Shown here piece after piece: positions 16,301 through 25,810 of a DNA stretch of 31,757 bases. Source of the DNA: Pseudomonadota bacterium (GTDB taxonomy: Bacteria; Pseudomonadota; Gammaproteobacteria; JAKAQQ01); assembly GCA_027320085.1 (NCBI GenBank), contig DAHVLZ010000008.1, positions 1 to 31,757 of the forward strand, in the 5' to 3' direction. The position numbers were made by a program, and so were the translations under genes. The notes under the pieces are model-generated. The model was not told the DNA's origin, did no database searches, and worked only from the letters and a program-made list of their open reading frames with translations. How positions within the stretch are numbered: position 1 is the first letter of the stretch; each line of letters starts with the position of its first letter.

Positions 16301-18159
16301 GCCGGATCCCCATGTCCCGCCCACAGACCGGGTCCCGGCCGGTGAATCTGCTGTCGCCCCGGCTCGCCGAGCCCCGCTTCGGTCCCCATGACCTCTTCTG
16401 GCTCGAGTCTGCAGCCACCGACCAAGGACGCTGGGTGCTGTACCGGGAAGGACGCGGTGTTCCCGAGCGGCTCATGCCTCCCGGCTGGGGCATCCGGAGC
16501 CGGGTCTACGAATACGGCGGGGGGGCCTACCTGCCGACGGTGCGCGGCGTCTTCTTCGTGGATGACCGGGAAGGCGCGCTCCACCGGCTCGGATCAGACC
16601 GCCGTCCCATCCGGATCGGTGGACATCCCACCGACCGCTACGGGGATCTGTCCGGTCATCCGGACCCGGATCTCCTCTTCTGCGTGGTGGAACGGGAGCG
16701 GCACGGTGGGGAGCCGGAACACCGGATCGGATACTGGCACACCCGGCGTCGCGAACTCAGTCTCCTGTGCCAGGGAGCGGATTTCTACCTGGCCCCGCGG
16801 GTGGATCCCACCGGAACCCGTCTGGCCTGGATCGAATGGGATCACCCACGCATGCCCTGGCAGGGCACCCGGCTCCGTATCGGACGCCTGGACCGGGCGG
16901 GTCGGCTCGTCGAAAGCCATGAGGTCGCCGGCGGGAAGCACGAGATGGTGATCGAACCGGTGTGGGGGAAGGGGGGCTGGCTGTACTTCGTCTCCGACCG
17001 GACCGGTTTTCCGAACCTCTACCGCTGGCATCCGCGTCAGGGGATCCAGTGCCTCAGCCGGTTGCGGGCCGAGCTCGGCCGGCTTCCCTGGAACCTCGGA
17101 CAGTCGAGCTACGGACTTTGGTCAGACGGGAGTCTCGCAGCGACCTTTGTCCGGAAGGCCAGAAGCGAACTCTGGCAGATCGGGAAGCCGGGATCCGGCC
17201 CCGCCATCCGGCTCCCGCTGCCCCCAGGCGACCTCTACCCGCTCACCGTCCGTGGTCAGCGGGCCGCGGCCCTCCTGAATCGGCCGGATCGGGCCTCGGC
17301 CCTCGTGTCCTGGTCCGGGGACAGCCGGACTGAAATGCGCATCGTCCGCGGCGGGGGAACCGAATTCCGCCCGAGCGGTCCGGTGAGCCGGCTCCGCTTT
17401 GCCGGACCGGATGGTCAGCCGGTCCACGCTTTCTTCTACCGGCCCCGAGGCCGGCCGCCCTATCCCTGTGTCATCCGCTGCCACGGCGGACCCACCGCCA
17501 TGGCCACGCTCGCCCGTGATGTCCGGATTGCGAACTGGCGGGCAGGCGGGCTCGCCGTGTGCGACATCAACTATCGGGGCAGCAGCGGATTCGGGCGGGC
17601 CTACCGCGAGGCTTTAGCCGGCCGCTGGGGAGTCCTCGATGCCGGCGACATCGAGTGGGGGACTCGTTTTCTCATCGAGACCGGGCTCGCGGATCCCGCC
17701 CGCCTCTACCTCGCCGGCAGCAGTGCCGGGGGATTTACCGCACTCCGGACCCTTCTCCGCTTTCCCGGCTTCCGCGCTGCAAGCCTGCTCTACCCGGTCA
17801 CGGATCTCATCGTCCTGGAACAAAACGCCCCCAAGTTCGAGTCTCACTACGGCCACTTCCTGATCGGCCCCCCCGAATCGAACCGGGCCACGACCCGGGC
17901 CCGTTCCCCCGACCACCACGTGGAGGCACTGCCCAAAATCCCCTACCTCATCTTCCAGGGGGGTGCCGATCCCGTGGTTCCGGCCCCGGGCACCCGGCGT
18001 TTCGTCGCGCGGCTGAAGGCGTCCGGGGCCCCTGTGCGCTACATTGAATTCAAAGACGAGGGGCATGGCTTCGGCCGACCGGAGTCCCTGGAACGGGTCC
18101 TCCTCGAGGAGTCCCGCCTGTTCGACCCCGGGCGTGCACCCACGCAATCGGACGACTGA
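16297..18159 (+). CDS. S9 family peptidase (dipeptidyl/acylaminoacyl peptidase)
   Basis: SRVYEYGGG, HGGPT, NYRGSSGFGRAYR, GSSAGG (Ser), QGGADPVV (Asp) and EGHGF (His). Confidence 0.93.
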   Translation: MSRIPMSRPQTGSRPVNLLSPRLAEPRFGPHDLFWLESAATDQGRWVLYREGRGVPERLMPPGWGIRSRVYEYGGGAYLPTVRGVFFVDDREGALHRLGSDRRPIRIGGHPTDRYGDLSGHPDPDLLFCVVERERHGGEPEHRIGYWHTRRRELSLLCQGADFYLAPRVDPTGTRLAWIEWDHPRMPWQGTRLRIGRLDRAGRLVESHEVAGGKHEMVIEPVWGKGGWLYFVSDRTGFPNLYRWHPRQGIQCLSRLRAELGRLPWNLGQSSYGLWSDGSLAATFVRKARSELWQIGKPGSGPAIRLPLPPGDLYPLTVRGQRAAALLNRPDRASALVSWSGDSRTEMRIVRGGGTEFRPSGPVSRLRFAGPDGQPVHAFFYRPRGRPPYPCVIRCHGGPTAMATLARDVRIANWRAGGLAVCDINYRGSSGFGRAYREALAGRWGVLDAGDIEWGTRFLIETGLADPARLYLAGSSAGGFTALRTLLRFPGFRAASLLYPVTDLIVLEQNAPKFESHYGHFLIGPPESNRATTRARSPDHHVEALPKIPYLIFQGGADPVVPAPGTRRFVARLKASGAPVRYIEFKDEGHGFGRPESLERVLLEESRLFDPGRAPTQSDD

Positions 18160-19345
18160 CCATCACGAGGAAGCGGAAACCGGGGCGGATGATCAGGGTG
18201 GGCGGAATCTCCTCGTTGCGGCCCAGGATGGCCTGGGAGGTGTTGAGGAGCGCCTGTCCGGCAGCCGGGCCGATGACGGCGGCCGTGGGCATCGCGGGTG
18301 AAACCACGACCGTCGACTGGTTCGTGGGCAGAATGGCCGAGAGGGCGGCAATCAAGAATGAGGAACCGAAGATCTTCCAGAAATGGGTGTTGACCCCGTC
18401 ACGGAGACCGGATGCCCCATAGGCGTCGGCGGCCTGCATGCCGGCCAATGCAACCCGCCGTCCGTCGGGGAAGATCACCTCGCTGAAGGAGGCGAGAACG
18501 CGGGTCTGCCCCTGGGCGATCTGGGACGAGTAGTAACCGACCAGCGTGGCGCCCCGCGGGATCATCGAAACCGCCTCATGCACCGAATCGAAAACCGTGC
18601 GGGTGACGCGCGCCACGATCATGCCCGGCAGGTCGCTATTGATCTCGCTGAGCAGGACGGCGGGAATCACCGAGCCCGGCAGGAGGACCGGATGACGGGG
18701 CGGTGGCAGGATCACTTCGGACGCCGGGAGACCCTCCCGTCGTTCCCGACGGAGCCAGTCCCGGTTCGCCCGATGGGAGGAAGCCTCCCGGTCAAGCGGT
18801 GACTGCCGCTTCCAGGCCCCGGCCATGCGCCCGAGGAGGGCGGGACTTTCCCCACCCGATCGGGCCGGCTCGAGCTTCCGGATCAGCTGATCGAGCCTCC
18901 GGGGAGGCCGCCGCGAGGCTTGGGGCTCCGGCCCGGACCAGGCGAGGATCGGGCTGGTCCGGCCGGCGACCCCACCGGATCCCCAGACCGGGTGACGAGC
19001 CCGCCGGGCGGATTTTGTGATCGGTGGAAATACGCGTCCCGGCCGTTTGGGTGGACGAGACCGGACGGCTCGTCCCGGAGGGGGCCTGCGGGTCGGCCTG
19101 TGCCGCCCGAGGTGGCTCAGGAACTGCCGCGCCGGTCTGAGCCAGCCCGGTCCGGGGCGCAGGAAGGGATGCGGGCGGGCGGGTCCGGGGGTGGGGGTTG
19201 GCCCCCCGCCGCCGATCCGGACGAACAGGAAACTCGCCGTGACGAGCAGGAGAATGAATCCCAAAATCCAGTAATGGATCCGTCGCGAGGGTCGATGGGG
19301 GGGGCGGACCTCGGAGTCGGGGGGCCCGGGTGCATCCGGATTCAT
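18050..19345 (-). CDS. trbI: TrbI/VirB10 T4SS core protein
   Basis: N-terminal TM, Pro/Arg linker, GSVIPAVLLSEINSDLPG, GASGLRDGVNTHF and IPPTLIIRPG. Confidence 0.92.
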   Translation of the reverse strand: MNPDAPGPPDSEVRPPHRPSRRIHYWILGFILLLVTASFLFVRIGGGGPTPTPGPARPHPFLRPGPGWLRPARQFLSHLGRHRPTRRPPPGRAVRSRPPKRPGRVFPPITKSARRARHPVWGSGGVAGRTSPILAWSGPEPQASRRPPRRLDQLIRKLEPARSGGESPALLGRMAGAWKRQSPLDREASSHRANRDWLRRERREGLPASEVILPPPRHPVLLPGSVIPAVLLSEINSDLPGMIVARVTRTVFDSVHEAVSMIPRGATLVGYYSSQIAQGQTRVLASFSEVIFPDGRRVALAGMQAADAYGASGLRDGVNTHFWKIFGSSFLIAALSAILPTNQSTVVVSPAMPTAAVIGPAAGQALLNTSQAILGRNEEIPPTLIIRPGFRFLVMVSRPIAWVHARGRTGGTPRGGPVPGTPVGRSHAPRL

Positions 19346-20118
19346 GGTGAATGCCGCCGCCTCCGGTCCAGACGGATCCGCCGCCGGCCCAGTTGGAGCT
19401 CCGCGGCACGGAAGCGGTGCGGATAAAGGATCCAGCGACCGGCCACCCGGTAGTTCGCCAGGCTGAAGCGGTGGCCATGGCGAACGAAAAGGGCCGGCAT
19501 GTCTTGGACCCCGCGACCCAACTCGATGAAGGTCCGCTGCCCGTCATCGAAGATCCGGACCGGCCGCCACGGCGCCCGGCCGTGGATCCGGTAGTCGAAG
19601 TGGAGCCTCCGATACCAGAGCCGACCGGTGGGCGCCGGCGGGCGGGCGGGGAGCGGCGGTTTCGGCCGACGGGGCGCCGGGGGAGAGGGCATTCGCGGGA
19701 GTGCCCAGAGCGAACGCGTCTGCCAGCTCACGGCCTGGTACCAGGGACTGCCGGGCGGGACACTCACGAAAATGAGCTCGTAGCGGCGCCGGTTGGTGAC
19801 CAGGGTCCCCGAGGTGAAGAGTCCCGCGCGCACGGGCTTGATGAAAATGTCATGGGCGTCCCGGGCGATGACCCAACGCACGGTGTCCCCGAGGGCCAGG
19901 CTGACCGGATGTTCCCCGGCCGGCAGGATGAGGTCGGTGACCGCGTCCGGACGGGTCAGGATGGTCTCGCTCCGGTTGGGATGATAATGGAAATGGACGA
20001 TCCGGCCGATGCTGTAGACCCCGGAGGTCCGGGCCTCGAGCCCGGGAGCGGTGAGGATCATGCCCCAGCCCAGAAGCAGGATGAGGGCCGCCCGGTGATG
20101 AATACGCCCAAGGTGCAT
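19342..20118 (-). CDS. trbG: TrbG/VirB9 T4SS outer-membrane core protein
   Basis: Signal peptide, ALGDTVRW, IFIKP, TNRRRYEL, WRPVRIFDDGQRTFI and MPALF. Confidence 0.9.
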   Translation of the reverse strand: MHLGRIHHRAALILLLGWGMILTAPGLEARTSGVYSIGRIVHFHYHPNRSETILTRPDAVTDLILPAGEHPVSLALGDTVRWVIARDAHDIFIKPVRAGLFTSGTLVTNRRRYELIFVSVPPGSPWYQAVSWQTRSLWALPRMPSPPAPRRPKPPLPARPPAPTGRLWYRRLHFDYRIHGRAPWRPVRIFDDGQRTFIELGRGVQDMPALFVRHGHRFSLANYRVAGRWILYPHRFRAAELQLGRRRIRLDRRRRHSP

Positions 20119-20157
20119 CAGGACCTCCCCGCCGGCGGCTTCGAGCCGCCGGCTGAC

Positions 20158-20868
20158 TTACCAATTTCTCTGGATGTTGAAGTTCGTGATGAAAAGTCCG
20201 ATCGGATCCTTGAGGACCGCGCTCGAGGTGCGCGGCGGCACGATCAGGTAGTTCAGGGTGAGGACCCACTCCGTCCGCTGGACCCCCGCGGACCGGTTGG
20301 ACCGTCGGGTGGTCCGGCAACGGATCAGGGCCACGTTTCCGGGAAGAAAGCTCAGGCTCTCGAGTCTCACCGTCCGCACGCGGTTCGGATGACGGGTGAG
20401 GACCGCGAGCGGTGCGGTGGTGCGGACCCAGTGGGTGAACTGGCCCACGGCAGCGCCCCGGGTCCACTCGTAGTCGGCCGCGAGGCTGCTGGCCGTGAGC
20501 GCCGGATTGAGGCTCAGCAGACGGACCGTCCAGCGTCCGAGAAAGTAACGCAGACTGTTGTGTCCGGGAGTGAAGGACAGCTGGCCCAGGGATTGGACCG
20601 TCACCCGACCGGAGGCGTGTTCGCGAACCAGGTAGGGCACCCGGTTGCCATCCGGACCCTGCGACAGGAAGGCCACCCCCAGGAGGATGAGGGCCACGCT
20701 TTCCAGGACGAGCAGCAGGAAGAGCCGGTTGCGGGCCAGGAGCGGAGCGGCGAAACGCTCGAAGTAACGCCCGGCATCCGGCGCGTCGGGTGGAAGGTGG
20801 CGCCTCTCCCCACCCGGGCTCTCATCCGGCGCCGCCCGGCGGAACCTCGGGATCCCGTTCAGAGCCAT
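20158..20868 (-). CDS. trbF: TrbF/VirB8 T4SS protein
   Basis: Single TM, VPYLV, and C-terminal DPIGLFITNFNI (NP.G..V..F motif). Start is approximate. Confidence 0.85.
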   Translation of the reverse strand: MALNGIPRFRRAAPDESPGGERRHLPPDAPDAGRYFERFAAPLLARNRLFLLLVLESVALILLGVAFLSQGPDGNRVPYLVREHASGRVTVQSLGQLSFTPGHNSLRYFLGRWTVRLLSLNPALTASSLAADYEWTRGAAVGQFTHWVRTTAPLAVLTRHPNRVRTVRLESLSFLPGNVALIRCRTTRRSNRSAGVQRTEWVLTLNYLIVPPRTSSAVLKDPIGLFITNFNIQRNW

Positions 20869-21125
20869 CGGATCGCCTGGGAGCAGAGGAGATGGATCAG
20901 GTAGGTGAAGCTGAGCAGGACGCCGACCCCGAACCGGATCCGGCGGTCCTGCCATTCACACGCCCCCAGCCAGAGGACCAGCGCCACGGGATGCTCTTCG
21001 AAGCCCGCCGGAGGGGCGAGGGTCCGTCTCTCCCCCGGTGATCGTCGCCGGCGTTCGGCCAGGGCCTCGGGCCAGCTCCTGCCGTCGACCGCAGGCAGCC
21101 TGAAAGTGAACCGCCTCCGCCTCAT
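20859..21125 (-). CDS. Small (88 aa) putative membrane protein inside the trb operon
   Basis: The ATG overlaps the trbL stop (ATGA) and the stop overlaps the trbF start. Arg-rich N-terminus and hydrophobic C-terminus. It fills the whole intergenic gap. Confidence 0.5.
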   Translation of the reverse strand: MRRRRFTFRLPAVDGRSWPEALAERRRRSPGERRTLAPPAGFEEHPVALVLWLGACEWQDRRIRFGVGVLLSFTYLIHLLCSQAIRWL

Positions 21126-22153
21126 TCGCCCCCCGCCGCCCAGGAACGCCCGATCCCGCCCAGGTGCGAACCGAGCGCACTCCAGGTTCCTGTCCCGGCT
21201 CCGCCGTGGCCGCTCGTGAGATGGCCCACGATGGCCGGAACCTGCCGCAAAAGAAGCAGGATGAAGGAGGAGGCCAGGAGAAGATAGAAGACATAAACGA
21301 AGATCAAGGCGCCGCTCCACAGGGTGGAACCCCGGGCCGTGGGGGCCGCGAGTGCCTGCGCGAGGGCATTGACCTGGGCGATGGAGGAAGAGAGCAGGAT
21401 GGATGCGATCATGAGCACAATGGCGCCCACGATCTTGTAGAGCCCGGCCCCCAGGAGATAGCGAAACCAGCCGTGGAACAGCCCGGCGAGATAGGGCAGG
21501 ACGAGGCAGGGCACGAGCAGCGGTCCGATCGCAACCCCGATCGCCGTGAGCGCCACGCCCATGAAGAAGACGCCGGCAAAGGCCAGGTAGGCCAGGGTCA
21601 GGAGGGCCACCACGATCACCATGAGAAAACTGGCCACGAAGGCGTCCAGAAGCACGATGAGATCGGCTCCGATGCGGGTCCATCCGGTCTCAATCGCCGA
21701 TCCCACCCGGAAAATCGGCAGTGACTGCCAGAGTCTCGCGACCGCACCCAGGAAGGAATGCGTGGCCGCCTCGAGCACCCCCGCCGACCAATGGGCCGGC
21801 CAGGGGTGGCCGGAACCCAGAATCACGTTCGCGACCGCATTGAAACCACCATCGAAGGCCCGGGTCAACGGGAGGTAGTCGTGGAGGATCCAGGCCGCCA
21901 GTCCCCAGACCATGACGCCGCGGAGGACCAGACGAATCAGGTTTTCCTGCGCCCGGCCGGAGAGTGCAAGGGACAGGCCGAGAAGGATGAGTCCGAGTTC
22001 GGTCAGGAGATAAAACAGGGAAAAGGGACCGCCGATCACGAGCTCGAGCAGGCGGTCGGCAATCATCCGGCTGGAAGCCCGGATTTCGTGGAAGACGAGT
22101 CGCAAGGCGGCACCCATCGTGGGGAGCACGGTGACTTCCGGGTGGAGGCTCAT
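21122..22153 (-). CDS. trbL: TrbL/VirB6 polytopic T4SS membrane protein
   Basis: Multiple TMs, IGVAIGPLLVP.L......LF.GW and QVPAIVGHLTSG. The ATG overlaps the trbJ stop. Confidence 0.85.
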   Translation of the reverse strand: MSLHPEVTVLPTMGAALRLVFHEIRASSRMIADRLLELVIGGPFSLFYLLTELGLILLGLSLALSGRAQENLIRLVLRGVMVWGLAAWILHDYLPLTRAFDGGFNAVANVILGSGHPWPAHWSAGVLEAATHSFLGAVARLWQSLPIFRVGSAIETGWTRIGADLIVLLDAFVASFLMVIVVALLTLAYLAFAGVFFMGVALTAIGVAIGPLLVPCLVLPYLAGLFHGWFRYLLGAGLYKIVGAIVLMIASILLSSSIAQVNALAQALAAPTARGSTLWSGALIFVYVFYLLLASSFILLLLRQVPAIVGHLTSGHGGAGTGTWSALGSHLGGIGRSWAAGGE

Positions 22154-23007
22154 GAGGGTGGGGGCGGAACGCCGGGATGGGGAGGATGCGGAATCACCGG
22201 TTTGAGTGACCCATTCTCGCGATCGAGCCAGCCTGCAAGTCCCGCTCCGGCGTTCCCGGCCGCGAGACGGGACGTGAGGCTCCGCACCCGCCGGTCCAGC
22301 CGCCGGTGCCGCCCGATCCAACCGGAGGTCGCGGCCAAAGACTCGCTCCGCGCACTCGCCCGGGCCCGTTCGAGTGCAGCCAGGACGGCGAGTTCGCCGG
22401 TATCGGCCCGGGCAACCACGCCCAGGGAGGCATTCAGGGACTCGAGCTGGCCCTTCATCGATCTCGCCACCGGAAGGGTGGATTCGACGAGACGCAGCCG
22501 GGCATAACTTCTGGCAATCGAGCGGAGGATGGCATTGTCCTCGTGAACCTGGGCATCCGCCTCCGCCTCGTGCCGGGTCACGCCCTGGCGCAGGATCCGA
22601 TCGTATCGACTCCAGCTGAGATGGGCCGAAGCCAGGGTACGGTTCAGGGAAAGCAGGCGGTGGTAGCCGGCATGGAGCGATCCCGCGCTCCCCTGGAGCG
22701 CAGTCAGGAAAACCCGGTACTCGTGAATCGTCCGGGTGACGCCGGTGACGCTCCCCAGGGCGGCCAGGGTCGCGGATGGCAGATTCCTGAGGGAGGCGAT
22801 TTCCATCTCGAGCGTTTCATACTGGATCAGGCTGCTCCGGATTTCCCACTCGACGTTCCGGATCGAATTGAGCGCGGTCACGGTATTGCGGGCAAAGTTC
22901 AGGGGATCGAAAACCGTGCTGCCGCTCGCCAGGGACCAGGCGGGCCGAGCCAGGAGTGCGAAGGGGACCAGCGCAAGGGAGGCGAGTCGGCGACGGGCAT
23001 CAACCAT
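22150..23007 (-). CDS. trbJ: TrbJ/VirB5-like protein
   Basis: Signal peptide followed by TVFDPLNFARN, helical body and position between trbE and trbL. Confidence 0.8.
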   Translation of the reverse strand: MVDARRRLASLALVPFALLARPAWSLASGSTVFDPLNFARNTVTALNSIRNVEWEIRSSLIQYETLEMEIASLRNLPSATLAALGSVTGVTRTIHEYRVFLTALQGSAGSLHAGYHRLLSLNRTLASAHLSWSRYDRILRQGVTRHEAEADAQVHEDNAILRSIARSYARLRLVESTLPVARSMKGQLESLNASLGVVARADTGELAVLAALERARASARSESLAATSGWIGRHRRLDRRVRSLTSRLAAGNAGAGLAGWLDRENGSLKPVIPHPPHPGVPPPPS

Positions 23008-25489
23008 GGAGGACTTCCCCGAGATAGGCCCGCTGCCAGTCGTCCGCGTGGGCCGCCCGGGCCTGTTGGAAACCGCGCTGTGCGCGGGCGTCCGAACGCA
23101 GGCCGGCCAACACCACCGGTGGGAAGGAACAGCGGAGAAGACGCCCGAAGCCGGGCCGGGTCAGGTAGTAGTCGCGTCCGGCAACCGCCGTCTCGATCCG
23201 GGCGATCTGTTCGGGCGAAAGACCGAACAGTCGGGCGTAAAGCTCGTGCTGGCCGTGGATCTGCGGGTTCGGGAGGAAAATTCGTGTGGGAATGTTCTCG
23301 AGCAGAAGTTTTCCGGCCGGCAGACGCGAGAGTTCCTCGACCGACTGGGTCACGAGCAGGAGGAAGGCGTTTTTCTTGGCGAGTGTCCGGACCCATTCCT
23401 CGATCTTGCCGGCAAAGAAGGGATCCGAGAGGATGAACCACGCCTCCTCCACCGAAATCAGGGTGGGTCTTCCATCCAGCCGCCGAAGGATCCGGTGGAA
23501 GAGCGCGTCCAGAACGAGCCGGGCGACCCGGGGCTGGCGGAACAGCCGTCCCACCTCAAAGGCCGCCAGGCGATCCGGCGCATCCCGGTCACCGGATGAT
23601 CCGTCAAAACACCAGCCGAAGGCCCCGCCCTGGATCCAGGGTGCGAGCGCCGTGACCAGTGATTGCTTGGGCAAAAGCTGCGCCAGGAGCGAAAGCCGCC
23701 ACTCCGAAGGGGGCAGTGCGGCGAGTGCGGCCAGGGCCTGGTCGATGTGTCCGGCATCGTCCGGCTCGAGCCGGGTGCCTTCCGACTCGAGCAGGGCCAC
23801 GAGCCAGGGGTGAAGCCAGGCCCGCCCCTCCGGATCCGCGAGTGGGTCCAGGGGATTGAGGATGGGAGTGGCGGTCGGTCCGGGTGCCAGGTCGCGGTAC
23901 TGTCCGCCCAGGAGGGCCACCAGGATCTCGGCGCTCCGGTCCTTGTCGAACAGGAAGGCCTGCGTGTCCGGCAGTCCGAGCCAGCAGGCAATCAGGAAGT
24001 TCGCAAAAACGCTTTTCCCGGAACGGGTGGGCCCGACGATCAGGGTATGGCCGTTTTGGCCGTGGTGAAAATGGAAATGAAAGAGTGTCCGGCGCCGGGT
24101 TTCGAAGCGGGCGAGCGCCGGTAACGCCTTCCCGTCCGCTCCCGTCAGGTGGGGATTTTCGGCTCGCCCGTCCGGCAGGCTGCGGGCCAGGGCCAGGTCG
24201 GCCGCGTTCGCGTCCGAAACCAGAAACCAGCGCACGGGCTCCGCCCACTGGCCGGGCAGGGTCCCCGCCCATGCGGAAAGCGCGTGCATCCGCTCGGTCA
24301 GGGCCATGAATCCCAGCGCATGGACGGCCGCCTCGATCCGGGCGGCGACGGCATCGGCGGCCTCGGGCGAGGGGCCGTAACAGACGAGACTGAGATTGAG
24401 GTAGCCGTACTGGCCCTCCTGGAGATACTCGAGGGCCCGGCTCGCTTCCCGGCTGGCCTGAACGTGCTGCTCGCGGTCCGCCGGAACATCCTTCCGGGTC
24501 AGCATTTCCCGGAGGTACGCCCGCCAGCTCTTCTCGAGCGCCCGGTGATGGTTTCGAACCCGGCTGATCCAGGCCTCGGCGGCTGCCGCCGGGATCGGAC
24601 GGAAGGCCAGGCTCACGGTCAGGTTGCCCTCGACCTCGAGCAGGGCATCCAGCATGCCCGGATAGGTTCCCGGTTCCTCCCCCTCGCCATGCATCCGCGG
24701 CCAGGCCTTGAGGGTCACGAGACTCGCCCACGTTTCCGGGCCCTCCGGCCAGTGCAACTGGTGCCCGGCCACCGCGAGGGTGCGGTCGGGCAATGCATCG
24801 TCGAGGTAGGCCCCCCGGGGAATCCTGAGTTCTGAACGTTCGTCCGGGGCGAGCCGGTTGCGCAGAAAGGCCAGAAGGCGGGATCCCTCGAGCCTCTCCC
24901 AGTCCCAGCCGGCGAGTGTGCCCACAAAGCGTTCCAGCCGTTTCTCGTGCTCGACCAGGAGTTCAGTCATCTCGAGTGTGCTGTACGGCCAGGCGGCCGA
25001 AGTCGAGAACTGGCTTTTCAGGGCCATCCAAAGGGCCATGGCCGGGCTTTTGCCGCGCGCGGTCTCGAGTCCGACCCGCTGCCAGAAATGATCGCGACGT
25101 GCCTGCGGCCGGGTCATGATCGCGAGGTAATGGCGGTTTTGGTAAACCGTTCGCGAGACTCCCGGCCGTGCGAGGTGGTCATGGCCGAGATGCTCCCAGC
25201 CCAGTGCCGGGGACCTCACCCCCTCTTCACGTCTCCGGTCGACGATCCACCAATAGTCCCCGTTGACTCCGGCCAGACGGTAGGCATGTTCGAGCCTGGC
25301 CGTCTCGACCTGCAAGGCCTCTTTTTCCAAAGACTCCACATCCACGCCGCCCAGCCGGTAAGCACTGAGGAGGCTCCCGTCCTTGAGCACACAGACGGCC
25401 TCGCCGAGGCGCAGCATCCACGGGATCAGATCCGAAAAGGGACGCGAGGACCTTCGAAAATCGCGACGTTTCCGCTCCAGGTCACGCAT
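23000..25489 (-). CDS. trbE: TrbE/VirB4 ATPase
   Basis: FSDLIPW, KDGSLL, GHTLIVGPTRSGKS (Walker A), FDKDRS, VEEAW (Walker B) and PTRIFLPN. Start ATG 25489 just after the trbD stop. Confidence 0.93.
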   Translation of the reverse strand: MRDLERKRRDFRRSSRPFSDLIPWMLRLGEAVCVLKDGSLLSAYRLGGVDVESLEKEALQVETARLEHAYRLAGVNGDYWWIVDRRREEGVRSPALGWEHLGHDHLARPGVSRTVYQNRHYLAIMTRPQARRDHFWQRVGLETARGKSPAMALWMALKSQFSTSAAWPYSTLEMTELLVEHEKRLERFVGTLAGWDWERLEGSRLLAFLRNRLAPDERSELRIPRGAYLDDALPDRTLAVAGHQLHWPEGPETWASLVTLKAWPRMHGEGEEPGTYPGMLDALLEVEGNLTVSLAFRPIPAAAAEAWISRVRNHHRALEKSWRAYLREMLTRKDVPADREQHVQASREASRALEYLQEGQYGYLNLSLVCYGPSPEAADAVAARIEAAVHALGFMALTERMHALSAWAGTLPGQWAEPVRWFLVSDANAADLALARSLPDGRAENPHLTGADGKALPALARFETRRRTLFHFHFHHGQNGHTLIVGPTRSGKSVFANFLIACWLGLPDTQAFLFDKDRSAEILVALLGGQYRDLAPGPTATPILNPLDPLADPEGRAWLHPWLVALLESEGTRLEPDDAGHIDQALAALAALPPSEWRLSLLAQLLPKQSLVTALAPWIQGGAFGWCFDGSSGDRDAPDRLAAFEVGRLFRQPRVARLVLDALFHRILRRLDGRPTLISVEEAWFILSDPFFAGKIEEWVRTLAKKNAFLLLVTQSVEELSRLPAGKLLLENIPTRIFLPNPQIHGQHELYARLFGLSPEQIARIETAVAGRDYYLTRPGFGRLLRCSFPPVVLAGLRSDARAQRGFQQARAAHADDWQRAYLGEVLHG

Positions 25490-25493
25490 GGGA

Positions 25494-25802
25494 TCAGCAG
25501 CAAGTGAGTCCCGGCGCGAAACCGGATGGACGGTGACGCCGGCAGTCCGCGTGGGGCCAGGGATCATAGGTGGGGCCCTGGCGGGCATAGCGCAGGTAGA
25601 TTTCGCGGGCCTGGGGCTCCTTGCGGCCCAAGTAGACCAGGCCCCCGTGAAGGAGCAAGAAAACCGGCGCGAGAAACCACAAGCCGGCACCGGCGATGAA
25701 CGCGACGGCCAGAATCCCGTTCAGGGCCACGAGGGGGCGTTCCCCTCCGAAGCTGAGCAGGGGTTCGGTGAGAACGGGATAAAGCGGCGAACGCCGGTCC
25801 AT
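25494..25802 (-). CDS. trbD: TrbD/VirB3 protein
   Basis: LTEPLLSFGGER, hydrophobic hairpin and KEPQAREIYLRY. Confidence 0.85.
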   Translation of the reverse strand: MDRRSPLYPVLTEPLLSFGGERPLVALNGILAVAFIAGAGLWFLAPVFLLLHGGLVYLGRKEPQAREIYLRYARQGPTYDPWPHADCRRHRPSGFAPGLTCC

Positions 25803-25810
25803 GAGCGGAT

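Noticed and set aside
13997-16324. 775-aa minus-strand ORF and other long antisense ORFs (e.g. 19351-20904, 22306-23436, 26119-27294)
   Set aside because: Shadow frames of well-supported genes in high-GC DNA, with no recognisable motifs.
23435-23460. TrbE Walker B reads EEAW instead of DEAW (inactive ATPase?)
   Set aside because: The change is conservative and I recall it in other VirB4 homologues. All other motifs are intact.
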